Positions 25,951 to 41,438 of a DNA stretch of 64,000 nt are shown here, in pieces. Under the pieces are notes generated by a model, which was not told the DNA's origin, did no database searches, and was given only the letters and a program-made list of their open reading frames with translations. This DNA is from Eledone cirrhosa. Lineage: Eukaryota. How positions within the stretch are numbered: the first letter of the stretch is position 1; each line of letters starts with the position of its first letter. Position numbers and translations under genes: made by a program. The stretch covers positions 135,656,001-135,720,000 of the forward strand of contig OZ024741.1 of the NCBI GenBank assembly GCA_964016885.1. Reading direction: 5' to 3'.

Positions 25951-26146
25951 TAATAATACAAGACGATTTGTTAAGCCTTCATAACGTTTATTGATTGGTG
26001 ACGCGCGTTTCCCTATTGATAAGCTGAAGGTTCGATCTGTATCGATCTCTTCCGACTCTGGAATCAAAAGCTCGTTGGACCTCTGTTGTAGTAAACATCG
26101 AATGCTCACCTGGATGAACCTACAGTAACTTCACGTTACACTCCCT

Positions 26147-26185
<39 letters not shown>

Positions 26186-28049
26186 TGTATATTGGAAATT
26201 GTGTGAGATCCTTGGTACAGTTAGGTATATTTGAAAAAAAGGAAAAGAATGACTTCACTTGTAGTGTTAAAAAATTTATGATTTAATGTTATAATATAAT
26301 ATTATAATATTATGAGTTGGTAGATCCAGTAAGTTCTTTGTTAACTTCCGTGGGAATAAGTTTAGAGATTCCTGGTTAACTTGGGTTGGAGAACTTTCTC
26401 GCATTCGTCTGTCTGTGGCGATCGTCAAACTGAGATCAGGTTGTGTTGAAATGTGTGACTATATATAAGAGAGATTTAGATGTGTCTGGGGTGTGGCGTG
26501 TAGTGTTAATGATGATGAGGGTCCGGAGGAATTAAAGTATACTTACATACACACACACACACATACACACACACATATATATATACACTCAGAAAATGGT
26601 GAGGTTGTAAGATAAGGGTGTTTGAAAAGGTAGTCGTAAATCTCCTGCTGGTTTTATTTCTTAGCTGACCTTTGATGAGTTTATAATGGCATAGCTGAAT
26701 CAACTCTTCCAAATCCATAAAGAATATCTTCTACAGATTTCTATATCAAAGATGAATTTAGGTGCTTGTCTGGGTCTTAATGAGGTGGAAAAAGAAAAAA
26801 TAGTTGATGACACCCGTACTTTCAAACATTCGATCGCTGAAGAGGAGAAAAACCCTCATTTCATTAATTTGCCCTTCCCCAGACCAATGTATATATGAAC
26901 TTAAACACTTGAGTGGATGTGTGTATAGATGTATTTTTTTTTATATATGTGCCAATCATGTCGCCAGACATTATGTGATGAAATCCGCTTGTTATAAAAG
27001 TTTCTTTAGGATAAAGATAATCTCTGTAATTACGAAACATTATAAACATAGGACGAAACAAAAAGAGATGAAAGTTAGAAAAATACACAAAAAGAAATGA
27101 AAAATAGTCGAATCCTTCAGTTTGAAATGAAATGAAATCCCACTTTTCTAATAGGTCTATTGGTTTCAATGCAAGATAGAATGTAGATATAATTGACAAA
27201 TATTTAAAAGAACTAATCTATTCTAGGTTAATTAACGGAATTATTAAATACAGTTTAAATAAATAACTTATATAATTAGTAAACAAATAAATCAGTTTGA
27301 TCATGGAGGGGAGATTTGAGTGTTATAAATAGAAGAGACTGTTATGAGTGCAGGAAAACTACAATCGAGAGTTCTGTATATTTGTAATATCGTTTGAGTT
27401 TCAGCGTCAATCTGATGTTGCTTGTACACATTTACGGAAATAGGAATTTCTTGGCGTGATTGCATATACTGAAAACCTCGGTTTTGTCATTTAGTTATAT
27501 ACGTGTATTCACTGATATTTCCAGGATTATTATTTTCTCAGCAGTGCAGTGGCTTTATTTTCTGCTGTCATTTACTTATGCCTACAGTCTTTTACTGATT
27601 CTTCAAGCTACAGAATATAATGATATTGTATTTTTTATGGATTTGGCATAATTCATTTCATGGATCATTTTAGGTTTTGGCTGTCCGAGGATCTACAAAC
27701 AGTGGTGAGATTATAATGTTTCTGTTTGACCTGAAGATCCGTCATGCCAATAGAACGCTTTAGACTGCTGCTCAGATTCAAGGTCATCTGTTCCGTATAT
27801 GAGAGTCTGCATCACAAGATAAATTTGTGGATATACATTATTGTCTCTGCATGAGCAACAGTCGCCACTGAGGAGGGAGTCGTACGTAAAATTATTTGTT
27901 TAATATTTACAGCATAGCTGAAAACAACCCTAAGATTATGCGTATTGAATAGCTATATTTATGTTTCGTGAGTTTGTGTATATCTGTAAAAGCTAGGACG
28001 GTATTGTGAATATTATTCTTAACATTATTGTGAACCAAACATTATCACA

Positions 28050-28500
28050 AAACTTATATTTCTAGTGGGCCTGCTATCCATTCGCTTCCAATGCGTCGTT
28101 ATTGAATGAATATACCACATAAAAATTCTGAGGATAGAATAGAAATCATTCTATTCCGTTCGTTTAAAATATAGGGTTGTGGTATAGTATCTTGTAAATA
28201 CATGTAAGCTTTTCTTTAGGTTTTCTATGGAGTTTGAATAAGATTTTTTAAATCACTAGTGGCATTCAAGTTATTGATTATTGTTAAGTTGATTGTTTTA
28301 AATTTCTGTAGTGATTTTAAGGTCGAAATATCTGCATGATTGCATGATACCCACTTTACTCTGTCTAGAGTATGTCCATTTTGGGTTTTAGTGATAGCTA
28401 AAATGTCTTTTCTGTATAGAGAAATATATACGGAGGGGAACATTTTATTTAAATAATCTAATTCATATAATCGTATAAAATCACATTCGTATGCACCCAT
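28050..28500 (-). pseudogene. Decayed PLE (Neptune-like) reverse transcriptase fragment
   Basis: MGAYECDFIRLYELDYL...SLYRKDILAI aligns by eye with MGSSDSAQGTDLVGLYLL...GLYRDDVLLL of the ORF at 37419-39005. Confidence 0.7.
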
Positions 28501-28738
28501 CCACAGAGACACTCAGCCATACAGAAACACATACATACACTCAGTTACCCACACAGATATATACACCCATAGACATATACCCACACTGTTATCTACAAAT
28601 AAAGTCACACCCACACAGTTTTACACGCATATAGATTCACACTCACAAAGACACTCATCCACACGCATACACCTATGTACGTAACAAACAATCATAAATT
28701 TACAGTATCAGTATATATTCTTTACACTAAGATAAAAC

Positions 28739-28819
<81 letters not shown>

Positions 28820-28839
28820 ACACAAACACACAAACACAC

Positions 28840-28947
<108 letters not shown>

Positions 28948-31307
28948 ACACACACACACATATATAGTGAGATTGGGATGCATATGTATTTGACAACTTA
29001 TCAGAACGTTGGAAAATAGTAACAGCCCGGGTGCCTTGTGTTCCTTTGAATATTCTTCGCTAAATACGATAAGAAAATATTTTAAACCAGGCCTATTAAA
29101 CTGCCATTTTCAAATCACCAGCAACGACATAATAATAACAAACTTTAAGATTTCTTCAGGGACATAGTTTATATGAAATGGTTCTTATCTTTACCAAATA
29201 ATGAGCAGCTAATATTACACCATTTCAGACCCTGGGGTGGTTATAAAACAAAACGATTTATTTATACAAATTTCTGATAAATCTGAATGTCAATATGCAT
29301 CTTCTTGTGAGGAAATTACAATCGCACTTTCGTCGTTATCTTTAGAAAACAGCATCTGCTAAGAAACAATTTTGATTCTTGATAGCTTAACGGTTTGTGC
29401 AAGCCAAAAGCAAAACGTCTTTAAGATTACCATAATTTGTGTTACTTCTTCAGGCACAAAATCACAAACACATACACATGCACACACACTCACCCCATAT
29501 ATATGTATATATATTTACACACACAATATATATATATATTCTTCAATTCTGAAGTGCATTCTCTTACAGTTTATTTTCCCTTTTAACTACGGCGTAAATT
29601 GTATAGGAGACAATTCACACAGACCGAATTAAACTCAACATTTCAAACAGATATTCCACTTTAGTATTTGATGAATCTGTGACGTATAGGATTACAATAT
29701 TTGATAGAAACATTGAAAAACCTAATTAAATGTCTGATTTTGTCATCTGATTACTGTATAATCGTTTCGGATTTCATTTTCATATACATCAGAGTTGAAT
29801 TCACCAATTTATCATTTTTTGATCGATAAAGTAAGTAATTTTATTATACTGTATTATATACAGCAGACAATACTCCGCCGTTCTATTAATTAGATGTTCT
29901 TTAGTGACAATAAGTCTATAAAAATATTATTAATGTCAAAATATGTAATTGGTAGGACGCTAGGAATTGGAATTTCGAAATGTTGTCCTCATGGCGAATG
30001 TCAAGCAACACTGGTTAAAAAGGTGGTTGAAACGGTATCGGTATCATACTGAGAGCAAACCTTATCCAACAACGATCGTCAAAAGCAGGCAATTGATGTT
30101 TTAAATATGACAGCCAAAGTTCACGCGAACCGCTTTTTGCTTCATTATATAAATTCTGCGCTACATTATATAGTTCTTACGGGTGTAATTCATTTAACCA
30201 TTGGCCTGCTCAATCGGGATTTACCTGGACCTAACCTAAAAAAAAAAGCTTACTTCGCAAATGTCGAACCATCGAGGAAAACATCTTCATGCTCACACAG
30301 CCTATTATAAATAACAGTTAATTATTCCTCATATCATACTCAATCTGTAAAAAAAGTGAGAAAATAAAAGCAAAAAACAAAAAGATGGAAGGTACACACA
30401 TCCGATAGCATGGTTCTAGATACGCGTGGCCTATTGGTTAGAAAGTTTTATTCACGATCATAAGGAGGCAGTGAGTTCAATTTCTGAATCGAGTGACCTA
30501 AAGGTTTCTTGGTATTCACGAGAGGACTGAAACTCCTAACATTAAAACACTTATGAAACCTCCTATGAAAGGTATAGGTGGGAACTGTATATTTCATTGG
30601 ATATACTACCTGAAATAATTGTCAGAGGTGGAAATGTTTATAATAGCCCTGCTCATTCAGAGCCACTTGGATTATGCAACAACACTAACAACAAAAGCGG
30701 CATATATCTATAAAAAGACAGCAACATCAATAATAACAACATCACTAACAACAACAGCATATTTCTAAACAGCAACAGCATAAATCTATAAAACAACAAC
30801 AACAACAACAACAACAACACCAGCATATATCTCTAAAAAAAAAACAGCAACAGCAATAATAATAACACTAACAACAAAAACATATTTCCAATCAACAAAA
30901 GAAACAACAAAAATAGCACAAATCTATACAGCAACACTAACAACAACAACAATATCTATAATATCAATAACAATAGCAATATCAAAACACTCGTCGCATA
31001 CGAAATCAAAGTTGCTTTTATCTATTGGAAAGTGTGGTCACGGATGGAATGTCTTCTATGGTGGGTCTACACAGTCATAGCCCTTCTGGAGTGAAAAATA
31101 TGATCAATAGCAACCAACAGCAAGACTTGTCGCATAAGGAAGCAAAGGTGGTATTATCTGGTAGAAAGTATCACAGAATTGATGCGACTGTTCTTTTGAA
31201 GAATCTTCAAATATTTATAGAAACATAAAATGTTGCCATAGAAACTAGGCGAAAAATGTTTATTAATGTATTTTACATATTTCTTTGTATTATATGGATT
31301 GTGTCAC

Positions 31308-31338
<31 letters not shown>

Positions 31339-31484
31339 TGTATGTATGTATGTATGTATGTATGTATGTATGTATGTATGAATATAGGTAAATGTATAAG
31401 TGTGTATATGTAAATATATGTGCATTTACATATATGTATGTACATGTATATATATGATATTTATATTGTACATGTATATATATA

Positions 31485-31526
<42 letters not shown>

Positions 31527-32018
31527 GTATCTATGTATGCATACATATATACATATACATATATTTATACGCATACATGTTTCAATCCATTTCCCACCAC
31601 AGTAAACATGTACAACTGAGTGTACATTAGCACAAATGATTATTTGTTTGGGAGTATGTATAGTTTCCTTAATCTGTTGTTACTATACTTATTTATGTGT
31701 TTATTTGCTTATTTTATTCAATATCAGTTTTAGTTTATCTTCTTTAAGCAGAAATATATTTGAAACGTAATATTTAGGCTTTAAGATATACAGAGTTAGC
31801 GCATCGTTGAACGGAAGAAAGCAAATAGTACTTATCTGCCTTTCATGATTCCTCTATCCAGGAATGAAACTGCACACTGCACATAATGCATACTTCACAT
31901 AATGCACACAATCCGTCAAATATTGCAAGTGAAATGCTGCTACCCAGCAGATATTTATTATAGAGGTAAACGCTTTAGTTAACCGCTCTTCTGTATCCAC
32001 ACATAGACATATGTATAT

Positions 32019-32244
<226 letters not shown>

Positions 32245-32331
32245 ACGTAAGCATGTGTGCATGCATGCACATATGTACGCATACATAAATGTCTGTATGC
32301 CTATATATGTGAAGCTAATACAACTATGTAC

Positions 32332-32397
32332 TATTGACTCCTCCTGCGTTTGTTATATATATATAGAAGTGGTTGCACAACAGTTAGTTCACCATAA

Positions 32398-32460
<63 letters not shown>

Positions 32461-32531
32461 GTGGTTGCACAACAGTTAGTTCACCATAACGATATATATA
32501 TATATATATATATTGACTCCTCCTGCGTTTG

Positions 32532-32567
<36 letters not shown>

Positions 32568-32596
32568 GTGGTTGCACAACAGTTAGTTCACCATAA

Positions 32597-32600
<4 letters not shown>
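32332..32600 (-). repeat. Three identical 35-bp PLE tail fragments alternating with (TA)n
   Basis: AGAAGTGGTTGCACAACAGTTAGTTCACCATAACG at 32365, 32457 and 32564. It matches 45739-45771. Confidence 0.8.
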
Positions 32601-32682
<82 letters not shown>

Positions 32683-32687
32683 ATAAT

Positions 32688-32851
32688 AATTGTTTCTATT
32701 TTAGGCACAAGGCCAGCAATTACCCAGTACATTACTGGTACTTTATTTTATCGACCCCGGCGGGATTTGAACTCAGATCATAAAGGGACGTAACTCTATG
32801 CTTCAAAGCATGGCGTCCGACTCTCTACCGATACTGCCAATACACCGCCCT
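32688..32851 (-). mobile_element. tRNA-derived SINE with internal deletion
   Basis: Head and tail are present but the central GTTGACTTTGCCTTTCATCC segment is missing. Confidence 0.88.
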
Positions 32852-33513
32852 TTATATATATAATAATAAGGGCTGACGGACCCAGCATATTTATCAATGC
32901 CAGTACCGGTTGTATCTCAGCGCATTCCATGGGCAATGTAAGATACATTCCCAGAGTATACACATAGTTATTTGCTTGAACACAACACACGTAAAACGGG
33001 TGCCGATAAGGTTCCCGGACTTGAGTTTCTGCCGCACTATGCAGCAGTAAGGTGCACTGCACCTTCTGTCTGCATATATTATGCAACAATGCACAATGGG
33101 CTTATGAGGCTTCATCAGAGGGTATCGCCTAATCAATAACCAATCGATCGACAGAATCCTAACACCAGTCCATGCCGGTCATGACTGTTTGTGACGACTG
33201 ACACGGTAAAGCTATTAGCAACTGGCACCCGATAGGACTCTATCTCCCAACTAGCCACTGAGTTACAAATTTTACGTGGGGACGGGAAGCTAAAAGAATC
33301 AATCTTTTCGTTCCTGTCAGAAGCACTCAGCCAATGTTCTCACAGTTACCAGTAGGTGGAACTCCTTTATCGTTTTGAATAGGTACCAGCTATTTACTCG
33401 GGTTGCAATATAGTCAGATGTACTACACTTTTCCTCTATCAGCTCTTCTTCCTTCACCCCCCCCTCGTTCCCCTGCTATTCTTTCTCCTTTTTCTCACAC
33501 ACACTATCTCTCA

Positions 33514-33615
<102 letters not shown>

Positions 33616-34353
33616 GTCTTCCCCCTCCTCTGCCTGCTCTTCTATCTCTAATCCTCCCTCCACGTCTACTTCTTACTCTATATCTTTCACACATTCCTCC
33701 TCCCCTTCCACAATCCTACGTTCTCTTCTACATCTTTATCTACTTGGACCCAGAAGAATTATGTAAAAATCTGTAGCAATATTAGAAAGCAATATTGGTA
33801 ATATACGGGATTGTACAATAATCTCCACTTGCTTGTATTTTCTAAGGAACATTTATTTTATTTCTTTAGGTGTTTATAAATATTCTATAGATTAACAGAC
33901 TAGCTAAATATGTGTTCCCCAGTTTCCTTGGTAAATGGAAATTTTATTTCACCTTTATTCCTTTGAGAGAGAAACTTGACAATTGCTTTTCTATATCAGC
34001 GCTATAACCTTCAAGGTTGATGTAATACGATCACACTATTTTTCCTTATTTCATTACGGATGTTTCTTGAATACACACACACGCACGCACTCACACACAC
34101 ACACACACGCACTCACACACACACACACAGGCGCGCGCGCACACACACACACACACACCACACACCACACACATATGTGTGTGTGTGTATATATATATGT
34201 GTGTATGTGTGTGTATGTATATATATATATATATATGTATGTATATATATATATATGTATATATATGTATATGTATATATATATATATGTATATATGTAT
34301 ATATATATATATGTATATATATATATTTATATATATATGTGTGTATATATATG

Positions 34354-34457
<104 letters not shown>

Positions 34458-34491
34458 TATACATATATATACATATATATATATATATATG

Positions 34492-34532
<41 letters not shown>

Positions 34533-34920
34533 TGTATAAATACATGATTTAAACGATCGCATAGAGCTAGTAAGCCATGACAGACTAGGGAACTATCCAA
34601 TACTTCTTCTTGCTGTCGAGAAACAAAAAAGCAAGATATACGGCGATAAGTGAATGTAAAAATAAAATTAAAAAATAAACATACATAACCCCCACCCCAC
34701 ACCCAACCCCACACCCCACCCACACCCACACACCCACCCACACACACAGACACACATACATATATATATATAATTTAGATCGTAATATATTGTCAGAGAT
34801 CCCTTAGGTCAATAGCTAGAGCATCCAGCGGGTATCAGACTGACACGAGGTACGATGACTCGCAGCGGCTGCTGAAATATTTCTTTTCCCGTTTTTAACT
34901 ATCTATACAGTTTTATAGCA

Positions 34921-35669
34921 AACTAGCAGAATGGCCCGGCGTTGCTCGGGATTTGCTATAGGGTTCTTATATATTTGATATATATTTATCCTTATCGAAC
35001 CTCGTGAAATAAATACGTTTGTTTATATTTTGTTATTGTGTATGCAAAAATATCTGTCCATAAATATATAATTATATATATATATATATTAAAATAACAG
35101 ACTAAAGTTTAAGCAAAGAATCACTGCTTTCACCCTTAACGGGATATTCTACCTAAAAGCAGTATGAAGTACATACACTAAGACTAATTGATGTAATCTT
35201 TGGCCTTGTTTGTTTATATTTTGTTTTTGTGTATGCAAAAATATCTGTACCCGAATATCTATATTAAAATAACATATTAATGTTTAAGCAAAGAATCGCT
35301 GCTTTCAACCTTAACGGGATCTTCTTAAACTAAAAAAATCAATCTGGAAAACAGGAAGACGATACTTTGGTTCGTGAAGACGTTCACTGACATAAGAATA
35401 TATATACACACACACACACACACTGATCGCGTCATAATGACGTAATGCAGACATCAGGTATACAGACAGATATTATGAAGGCGCGACGTCATATCTATGT
35501 ATCTATCTAAAAATAGAAAGACTAAGAGAAAGAGAAAGAGATCGCTAAATCGCAAACACTTCCGGGGTCATACGAGTAACATGTATAAACTTTGAAAAAA
35601 ACCGGTTGGGTACTTTTCGAGTTTTAGGGAAACAGACACACAGACATCCTCTGTTTTATATATATAGAC
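34921..35669 (+). mobile_element. Non-autonomous Helitron-like element (Lep1/HINE-type ends)
   Basis: 5' end AACTAGCAGAATGGCCCGGCGTTGCTCGGG; 3' end ...TTTTCGAGTTTTAGGGAAACAGACACACAGACA...TTTTATATATATAGA. An internal ~110-bp duplication (35020-35145 vs 35205-35320). Confidence 0.7.
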
Positions 35670-35950
35670 TAGCAGAAAACCACCCACCGGGTGGTTTTCT
35701 GCTAGTATATATATATATTACACACACAGAAATGTATATATATTTCTGTGTGTATATATATATATTACAAACACAGAAATGTATATATATTTCTGTGTGT
35801 ATATATATACATATATATATTACACACACAGAAATGTATATATATTTCTGTGTGTATATATATATATATTACACACACAGAAATGTATATATATTTCTGT
35901 GTGTATATATATGAATTATAAGAATCAAAGAACTGTTCAAAACATTTTTA

Positions 35951-35997
35951 TGCTTACAACTGTTTCCTCCAAACCGAGGTTTGGATTCTTCGGAGCA
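35951..35997 (-). ncRNA. Variant minimal hammerhead at PLE 3' end
   Basis: TGCT-CCGAAGA-A-TCCAAACC-tc-GGTTTGGA-G-GAAA-CAGTTG-TA-AGCA. It has a U4C change and an A.G mismatch at the base of stem II. Confidence 0.65.
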
Positions 35998-37418
35998 ATT
36001 TATTAATGAATGAACACTTATATGACCTCCTTTTCACCCAAGAGACATACAGATACATATGCAAATATTGTGGGTCAACATTCATTACAGCATTTAGAGT
36101 GGCAGTACACACTTAGAGATTACATTCATATTAAAAGATACAATCAAAAATACAGGTTAAAATACATGAAAATAAGCGGTTATATAGTGCAAAAGTTATA
36201 TGTGTGGCAAGCACGTGCGTCTTGTTTATATAGTGTGGCAGAGAGTTACGTGTAGTAGAAGCACTTAAGTAGGTAAACAAGAGTGTTAGGTTGGTTGATC
36301 TGGTGACAAATTCTTTATATGATTGTTATAGTCTGTGTGTGGAGAAATAATATAAGCTTTAAAAATAGTGCAAGCATTAAAAATATTAAAAATATTGGAA
36401 ATGCGCAGCGAAGGGATGATATGGACTTCATGTACTTCGACATTTTCATAGTCTGGGGAGTGTATTTTTCAGATTATATGCCCCTCACATAATCCACGAC
36501 GATTCGATATTGAGCGTTTGACAATCCAGTTAGAGAATCGTAGTCTGATGTTCTTTAGTTCAATACAGGAGGATGTTACGTTTCGAGAATCGACATCGAA
36601 ATACTACCCGGAAGTGTATGTGTGGCTAAGGGGAGTTAATGCATGAGGGGAGGTAACTCCGAGGTTTCTATTACTAACTACTAAAGTGTGTCTCAAAATA
36701 GACCCTAACTTCTATGGTTATGCGCAATTTCCAAAAAATTTCCAAAATTTAAAGTGTTTCAACTATAGAGTAGTCTATTAAGTTGTGCTGAAGGTGTTCG
36801 TATTATTATGGTGATTAACCCCCATCGTAGAGTGCCACAAATGAATATTATAGGCGACGAACGAGGATTCTAAATTAATGATCTCTGTGGTTGCAGTCTA
36901 CTCAAAGGACCAGGCGCGGTGATTGCAGAATCACTTCAACACACAATGATCTCTGGTAAGTTCTGGGTCATCGTTTGCTACATTGGATATCGAAAGATAA
37001 TCATCACCAGGACCGACCAGAGGTCAATCCGCAGTCCTCATGACCCCAATCTGACCATCAAATCATCCATTTATGTACAACCCATACGCCACTTGCAATA
37101 CATTCATTCCCTGTATTCCGCGGACCGTTCATACTGCTCATCAGCGTTACTAGATTAATTCGTTTTTCATCTGTCCAACGATGGCACTTCCTCCGCACAA
37201 CACCAACAAGACAATCAATTCATGCTTAAATTACCTATAGAGCGGTGTAGTGCAGTTCAAGTGGGTGGATGTTGTCACACCTAAAGTAGAGGTACAAATG
37301 GGTATTCGCCCTGCGAAGGGCTCTAGAGGGATGTCGCTGTTTGTGTTATATTAGATCAGTGAGTGTTGGGTATGTGGTATAAGGTGTGCTCCTGGTGTTT
37401 GGTTCAAGTCCGACATTG

Positions 37419-38927
37419 CTATATATTGGGCTTAAAGTTTTGGAAGGAATGTCTGAAGCGGTGCTGGCAAGTTGCAAACACTTCAGATTTTTTGTTAAGT
37501 AGGTTACGGTTAGAGAAGATAATATTGTGGGTCTCTAGTATACAGAGGTTACAAAATTTATTAGGTGGTTTGTACGAAGTCGCGCTACCTATCACTTCCC
37601 ATTTGAGTGTGTAAGGTTTATTTTTAGTTTTTAGATAGTGTATGTAGCTAGATAGTGAGGTGGAGTTGGCTAGACTGTACTTTTTGAACGAGTGGATGTG
37701 CGAATTATATCTGATTTTGTAGCAGTTAGAAGTGGAGCCTACATAGGTTTCTGAAGAGTTGCTAGTTGTGACGGTGCATGAGTATATGATATCCTTGGTT
37801 AGGCATTTTTTATCTAAAGGGCAGTTTCTATTAGCTCTACAGTTACAATTATCCTGTGTGTTAGTCTGCTGGTTATAATGCAGTGCAGAAGTCTGGGTGG
37901 TAGCTATAGGATTTTGGACATTCGGGTTGTCGACCCCGGTGTTATTACTTATACTAGTGTTATTTCTATTGTTACTGCCGTTACTATGGTTGCTTGCTAC
38001 AGAGGTATTTAGAAGGTTTACCCCCTGTTGTGGTTTCGTTTGTTGGAAGTAAGAATTAATTTTACTTTTATTGCTGCTAGCTATGTGGTATGCTAAGTTA
38101 GGCGTCGTAGAGTATGAGATTTTAATAGTGTTTTTGTTTAAAAGGTTGTGGTACTTGTGTCCTAGAGGGAAGTTTTTATCTAGTAGTGAGAAGAAAGCCC
38201 TAGGTATGTTGGTGGAGACATTTAGGTTGAAAGGAGGGTTGAAAAATGTATTATTTCTTCTTCTATTTTTGTTTTTAGTGTCTGGTGTGTTGTTTCTTCC
38301 TAAGGCACTACGGTAGTTTCCGTGGTAATGGTTACTTCCGGTGGCACCCTCTGCTTTGGTGTACTTGTGGTTGCTATTCCTATTATTAGGTTTCCGCATG
38401 GACATGTTGTGCGAGATGATGTTGTAGCTATGCGTTTTCTTAGGTAGGAACTCAATTTCTATATTATGGCCGGATCTAGTTAATGCTTGATTATAATATT
38501 GTGAGTTTTTGCTAAATATGTTTGCGTCATAGGATAGATTAGAGATTCTATTGGATATCCCCTTAGAGATAGAGTTTAATATTGATCTAGGGTGATTAGA
38601 CTTGGTATCTACGTAAATGAGTTTTTCGTTAGGCTTATGGAAAGGTGTATATATTTTTGAGTCTAGGTATAGTGTGGCGTCTAGGAAGTTAACATTTTTA
38701 GTGTTTTTGTCCATGGTGATACTAAGGTTAAAGTTTTTGAATGTCTTGTGCAATAGTTTTCTAGTTCTTTCTATATTAAATTTTTTATATTCTATAAGTA
38801 GAAGTACATCATCACGGTACAAACCACCGTTGAGGTAAGGGAGGTCCTTATGGATTTCATTAAGAAGGTATAGGCCGACCAAATCAGTGCCCTGCGCCGA
38901 GTCACTAGATCCCATGGTTATGTTGAA
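37419..38927 (-). CDS. PLE RT (C-terminal half) + linker + GIY-YIG endonuclease, uninterrupted but 5'-truncated
   Basis: FNITMGS, GLYRDD, NFLD, SNHP, CNCRANRNCPLDKKC, IIY...YVGST, RYNSH, CNLCILE. The first ~27 codons of the tracked ORF come from the inverted terminus. Confidence 0.92.
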   Translation of the reverse strand, partial: FNITMGSSDSAQGTDLVGLYLLNEIHKDLPYLNGGLYRDDVLLLIEYKKFNIERTRKLLHKTFKNFNLSITMDKNTKNVNFLDATLYLDSKIYTPFHKPNEKLIYVDTKSNHPRSILNSISKGISNRISNLSYDANIFSKNSQYYNQALTRSGHNIEIEFLPKKTHSYNIISHNMSMRKPNNRNSNHKYTKAEGATGSNHYHGNYRSALGRNNTPDTKNKNRRRNNTFFNPPFNLNVSTNIPRAFFSLLDKNFPLGHKYHNLLNKNTIKISYSTTPNLAYHIASSNKSKINSYFQQTKPQQGVNLLNTSVASNHSNGSNNRNNTSISNNTGVDNPNVQNPIATTQTSALHYNQQTNTQDNCNCRANRNCPLDKKCLTKDIIYSCTVTTSNSSETYVGSTSNCYKIRYNSHIHSFKKYSLANSTSLSSYIHYLKTKNKPYTLKWEVIGSATSYKPPNKFCNLCILETHNIIFSNRNLLNKKSEVFATCQHRFRHSFQNFKPNI

Positions 38928-39531
38928 GAATCCAAACCTCGGTTTGGAGGAAACAGTTGTAAGCATAAAAATGTTTTGAACAGGTCTTTGATTCTTATAA
39001 TTCATATAACTGCTCTGTAAATCATCTGATGTTTTTACATTAAGCTACTTAACTTTCTGGTAATAAGGTAGTAATATATTACTGCCTACCACTATTTAGG
39101 GTTTGTATAAAAATATATATAACTGCAAAATATTTTTGTATTTACATAACCATAAATAGTATAATTAATACTATGTGTGTATATATATATATTTCTGTGT
39201 ATATATATATTACACACACACAGAAATGTATATATGTTTCTGTAGCACTCCTCAATTCCCCCCTCTCTTCCACCCGCTACCCCCCTCTTGTAGTCTGTCT
39301 CTTTCTTTCACTCTCACTCTCTATCTACGCGTGCGCAAAAAACATTCGCACGCGCGCACGTGTTTCCACTGTCGGACAGACAGACAGAGAAATTGCTGGT
39401 TATATATATAAGTAGATGACACGGTAATTATAGTTTTTTTCCACGTTTGAGCGCCTTAAATCAATAAATTTATTCCCTCGGCGTTTTGTAACTTTGAAAT
39501 GTTGAGCTTCGTATACGGTGTTTGTTTAGAT

Positions 39532-40667
<1,136 letters not shown>

Positions 40668-41438
40668 TTAAAAGGGACAAGGTGCTGTGTGGTTACTAAT
40701 AAATATTGTTTAGAAATGTAAGAGAAGCACAAATATAAGAAGACAATTCCCTTCTTCAGTTATTTGCTGTGGGTTGCTGATGTTTCGACGCATTATAAAC
40801 AATACATCTCTCCACTGTGCGTTAATAACTAGAGGTAGTTATTAGGGAAGGGAACAAAACACCAAAAAAAAACCCCCCAAAAACAGAGACGATAGCGAAG
40901 AGAACGACAAAAAAAGAAAATAAGCAGCAGAGAAAACAGAAAACCATACTGATAGAGAGTGGGAATCACGAGACAGTAGTACACGTAGGTGGCAGTAACC
41001 AATGGGAGAGAGGAAGAAGTAAAAAAGAGACCGAGTGTAAGCCCTGGGACCTTATTAACAGCATGAGAGAGAGCGAAGAGAAACACGTCCGATGTTAGTG
41101 AGAACAGGCGTTAAGAGGGAGAGACGAAGCAAAACGGAAGTGAAGGGGAGAGGGGAAGTGATAAGGGAGCAGAGAGAGAGAGAGAGGGACTGTGTTTGTA
41201 TGCGTGTAGAAATGTGAGATCATCAAACCTTTAAAAATCACGTTAATATCTGTGGGTCACCTGAAAATTGACTAAACTGCACACAGAGATGGCTCGGCAT
41301 AGACAGAAGCTTTTCTGAAGAATTGAACTTCACAACGCTGGAATACCGCGTGTATTTATATTTATATATGAATATGTACATATACACATCTATATATATG
41401 TATGTATTCATGTATGTGTATATAGACACACAGACACA

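Larger units (their letters stand above)
35911..39172 (-). mobile_element. 5'-truncated Neptune-like PLE with inverted 3' terminus at its 5' end
   Basis: 81-bp inverted repeat at 35911-35991 and 38925-39005, an ~1.4-kb 3' UTR, and an ORF with RT plus GIY-YIG. Confidence 0.9.
35668..39418 (+). mobile_element. Second Helitron-like element split by the PLE insertion
   Basis: 5' hairpin ACTAGCAGAAAACCACC...GGTGGTTTTCTGCTAGT. The same palindromic minisatellite lies on both sides of the PLE. 3' end GACAGACAGACAGA...TATATATAAGTAGAT. Confidence 0.55.

Noticed and set aside
26385-26432. TTGACGA-TCGC..GCGA-GAAA-GTTCTC on the minus strand
   Set aside because: Stem I does not pair next to the core; at best a decayed HHR. 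The same applies to candidates at ~36570-36600, ~37120-37148, ~40770-40835 and ~42405-42452.
32332-32600. CRISPR-like array of 35-bp repeats
   Set aside because: The spacers are (TA)n, there are no cas genes, the context is eukaryotic and the repeat matches a PLE tail.
38928-39005. N-terminus MNYKNQR... as the true PLE protein start
   Set aside because: It is the inverted copy of the 3' terminus (35911-35991).
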